A stretch of DNA of 64,000 nucleotides. Origin: Candidatus Eiseniibacteriota bacterium (GTDB taxonomy: Bacteria; Eisenbacteria; RBG-16-71-46). A model generated the notes under the pieces. It did no database searches. It was given only the letters and a program-made list of their open reading frames with translations, and had not been told where the DNA came from. Both the position numbers and the translations under genes were made by a program. The stretch's first letter is position 1, and the number at the start of each line of letters is the position of its first letter. Shown here piece by piece: positions 62,355 through 64,000 of the stretch. The stretch lies in the NCBI GenBank assembly GCA_963707915.1, contig OY970178.1, forward strand, positions 3,424,001 to 3,488,000, written 5' to 3'.

Positions 62355-63781
62355 GCGGAGGGCCCCCCTGCGGCCGGGGCCACGGGCAGCGCAACCCGGG
62401 GGCCGCGCCGATCCCGCTCGCCGCCCGGCCGGGCGGGGGCCCGGGGCCGCCAGACCTCGATCGCCCGCAGCGTGGCCAGCACGCCCCACGTCCCGAGCAC
62501 CAGGTTCGGGAGCCACATGGCCAGCCAGGGCGGCAGCAGCAGCCGGTTGGCCAGGTCCTCGCCGCCGATCAGGCACAGGTAGTAGAAGAGGAAGAACGCC
62601 ACCGAGACGAAGGCCACCGCGGGGCCCGCGCGCCGCACCCGCATGCCGAGGGGCGCCCCGATGAAGACGAACACCACGCAGGCCGCCGGCATCGAGAACT
62701 TCTTGTGGATCTCGACCGACAGCGAACCGGCCCGCTGCCCGAGCGCCTCGCGTTCCAGCCGCCAGAGGTCCAGCTCGATGCGCACCTGGGGGCGTTCCCG
62801 CTGCACGCGCTCGAGGGCCGGGCTGCCGCCGAACAGCCCCCGCAGGTTGGTGGCCACCCGCGCCGACCACGAGAGCCCGGCGGGGATCACCCGCTCGAGA
62901 TCGCGGGCGGTGAGACCGTAGGCGGCGAAGTGCTCCAGGTGGTCCGCGGTCGAGCGCCGGTCCTGCTCGATCACCTGTTCGCGCTCCTGCGCGAGCTGGC
63001 TGACGCTCATCTCGCGGTCGCTGCGCGCCTCCCGCACGCTGCGCTCCAGGATGGCGCCCGCGCCCTGGATGTGGATGATGTGGGTCTTGAAGACCATGCG
63101 CCGGTATTTCCGGGGGCCGCCCTCGTCGGCCGGGATCTCGTGGATCTCCCCGTCCTTCAGCTCGAGCACCGCGGTCCGGCCGTCGGGGGTGTACGTCAGG
63201 AAGCCGCGCCGGGCCAGGATGAGGTTCGGCGGCCCGCCGGCGTTCATCTGGTAGATGGTCACGCCCCGCATCTCGTTGGTGCGCCCGTTCACCGACTTGA
63301 CCAGCAGGTTGTAGCCCGGGAAGTCGGTGATGAAGACGCCCTCCTGGAGCTTCACCGTGGGGCGCATGCGGCCGATATCGATGAGCAGGTTGGCGAAGGC
63401 GTGGTTGGATTCGGGCATCACCCGGTCGTTGAAGAGGGTCAGGCCCCCCGCCACCAGGGTGGCTGCGAGCGTCGGGCCGACCAGGATGGCGGCCAGGTTG
63501 ACGCCGCTGGCGCGGAGTGCGGTGATCTCGTTGTCCTGGGAGAGGCGGCCGAAGGTCATCAGCACGGCCACCAGGACCCCGCAGGGCACCGACAACGGTA
63601 CGATGTAGCCCAGGGAGAGCAGGAAGAGCTGGAGGACCGCAGGAGCGGGCACGCCCCGGTTGATGATCAGGTCCAGGTAATCGCGGAGGATGCCCGCTTC
63701 CAGCAGGAAGGTGACCACCCCGAAGCCCAGCAGTAATGGAACCAAGTGCTGCTTCAGGATGTACCAGTGGAGGATACGCAT
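62351..63781 (-). CDS. lptF: LPS export permease LptF
   Basis: MRILHWYILK, FGRLSQDNEITALRASG, EIHKKFSMP. Confidence 0.88.
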   Translation of the reverse strand: MRILHWYILKQHLVPLLLGFGVVTFLLEAGILRDYLDLIINRGVPAPAVLQLFLLSLGYIVPLSVPCGVLVAVLMTFGRLSQDNEITALRASGVNLAAILVGPTLAATLVAGGLTLFNDRVMPESNHAFANLLIDIGRMRPTVKLQEGVFITDFPGYNLLVKSVNGRTNEMRGVTIYQMNAGGPPNLILARRGFLTYTPDGRTAVLELKDGEIHEIPADEGGPRKYRRMVFKTHIIHIQGAGAILERSVREARSDREMSVSQLAQEREQVIEQDRRSTADHLEHFAAYGLTARDLERVIPAGLSWSARVATNLRGLFGGSPALERVQRERPQVRIELDLWRLEREALGQRAGSLSVEIHKKFSMPAACVVFVFIGAPLGMRVRRAGPAVAFVSVAFFLFYYLCLIGGEDLANRLLLPPWLAMWLPNLVLGTWGVLATLRAIEVWRPRAPARPGGERDRRGPRVALPVAPAAGGPSA

Positions 63782-63917
63782 GGCTGCGCAGCCTACCTCA
63801 TGAGTCGGGACGGGAGCGACGCATTTCCTTCGGGCGCCTTTGACCGGCAGGGAGTCCCCTGCTAGGGTCGTCCGTTGCGCCTCCGCCTATGGAGGCGCAG
63901 CCGTTTAGGTTGCCCGC

Positions 63918-64000
63918 ATGCTGACTGCCCTTCCGGCTCTCCTGCTGCTCATCGGGTTTCCCCACTTCGGGTTGAAGCCCAGCCGCACCGCGTCCCCTGC
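63918..64000 (+). CDS. Start of a probable exported protein (partial)
   Basis: MLTALPALLLLIGF..., divergent from lptF. Confidence 0.35.
   Translation, partial: MLTALPALLLLIGFPHFGLKPSRTASP

Overview
A very GC-rich diderm bacterial chromosome segment. The style of the secreted proteins hints at an FCB-group or Eisenbacteria-like lineage (inference only). From left to right it contains: a decayed tandem TonB-dependent receptor/ABC substrate-binding operon; a Tad/Flp pilus operon with a sigma54-type promoter; selA; smc-ftsY; radC and archease; an accessory region at about 21.6-30.2 kb anchored on the 3' end of comM/yifB; and then housekeeping genes (L,D-transpeptidase, heptose biosynthesis, sucCD-ndk, rpmF-plsX-fabDG-acpP-fabF-rnc, NtrC-type regulator, ECF sigma/anti-sigma/HtrA-like, aroB-aroQ-accB-pilT-accC-comB, lptFG). 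Main highlights: (1) comM has a duplicated, diverged 3' third. The second copy begins at an 8-bp inverted repeat around a central CA dinucleotide, which looks like a serine-recombinase att site. Each comM tail faces, across exactly 2 bp, a small secreted gene sharing a D-x-x-G-R motif, and each small gene follows a large gene (or remnant) with a C-terminal sorting-like domain. This suggests comM-restoring cassettes, with two IS3 copies superimposed. (2) An unannotated sigma54-dependent structured sRNA candidate with three enhancer palindromes lies directly downstream of the NtrC-family gene. (3) RNase III carries a long repetitive charged tail, the HtrA-like protein lacks its catalytic His and Asp, and pilT is wedged between accB and accC.
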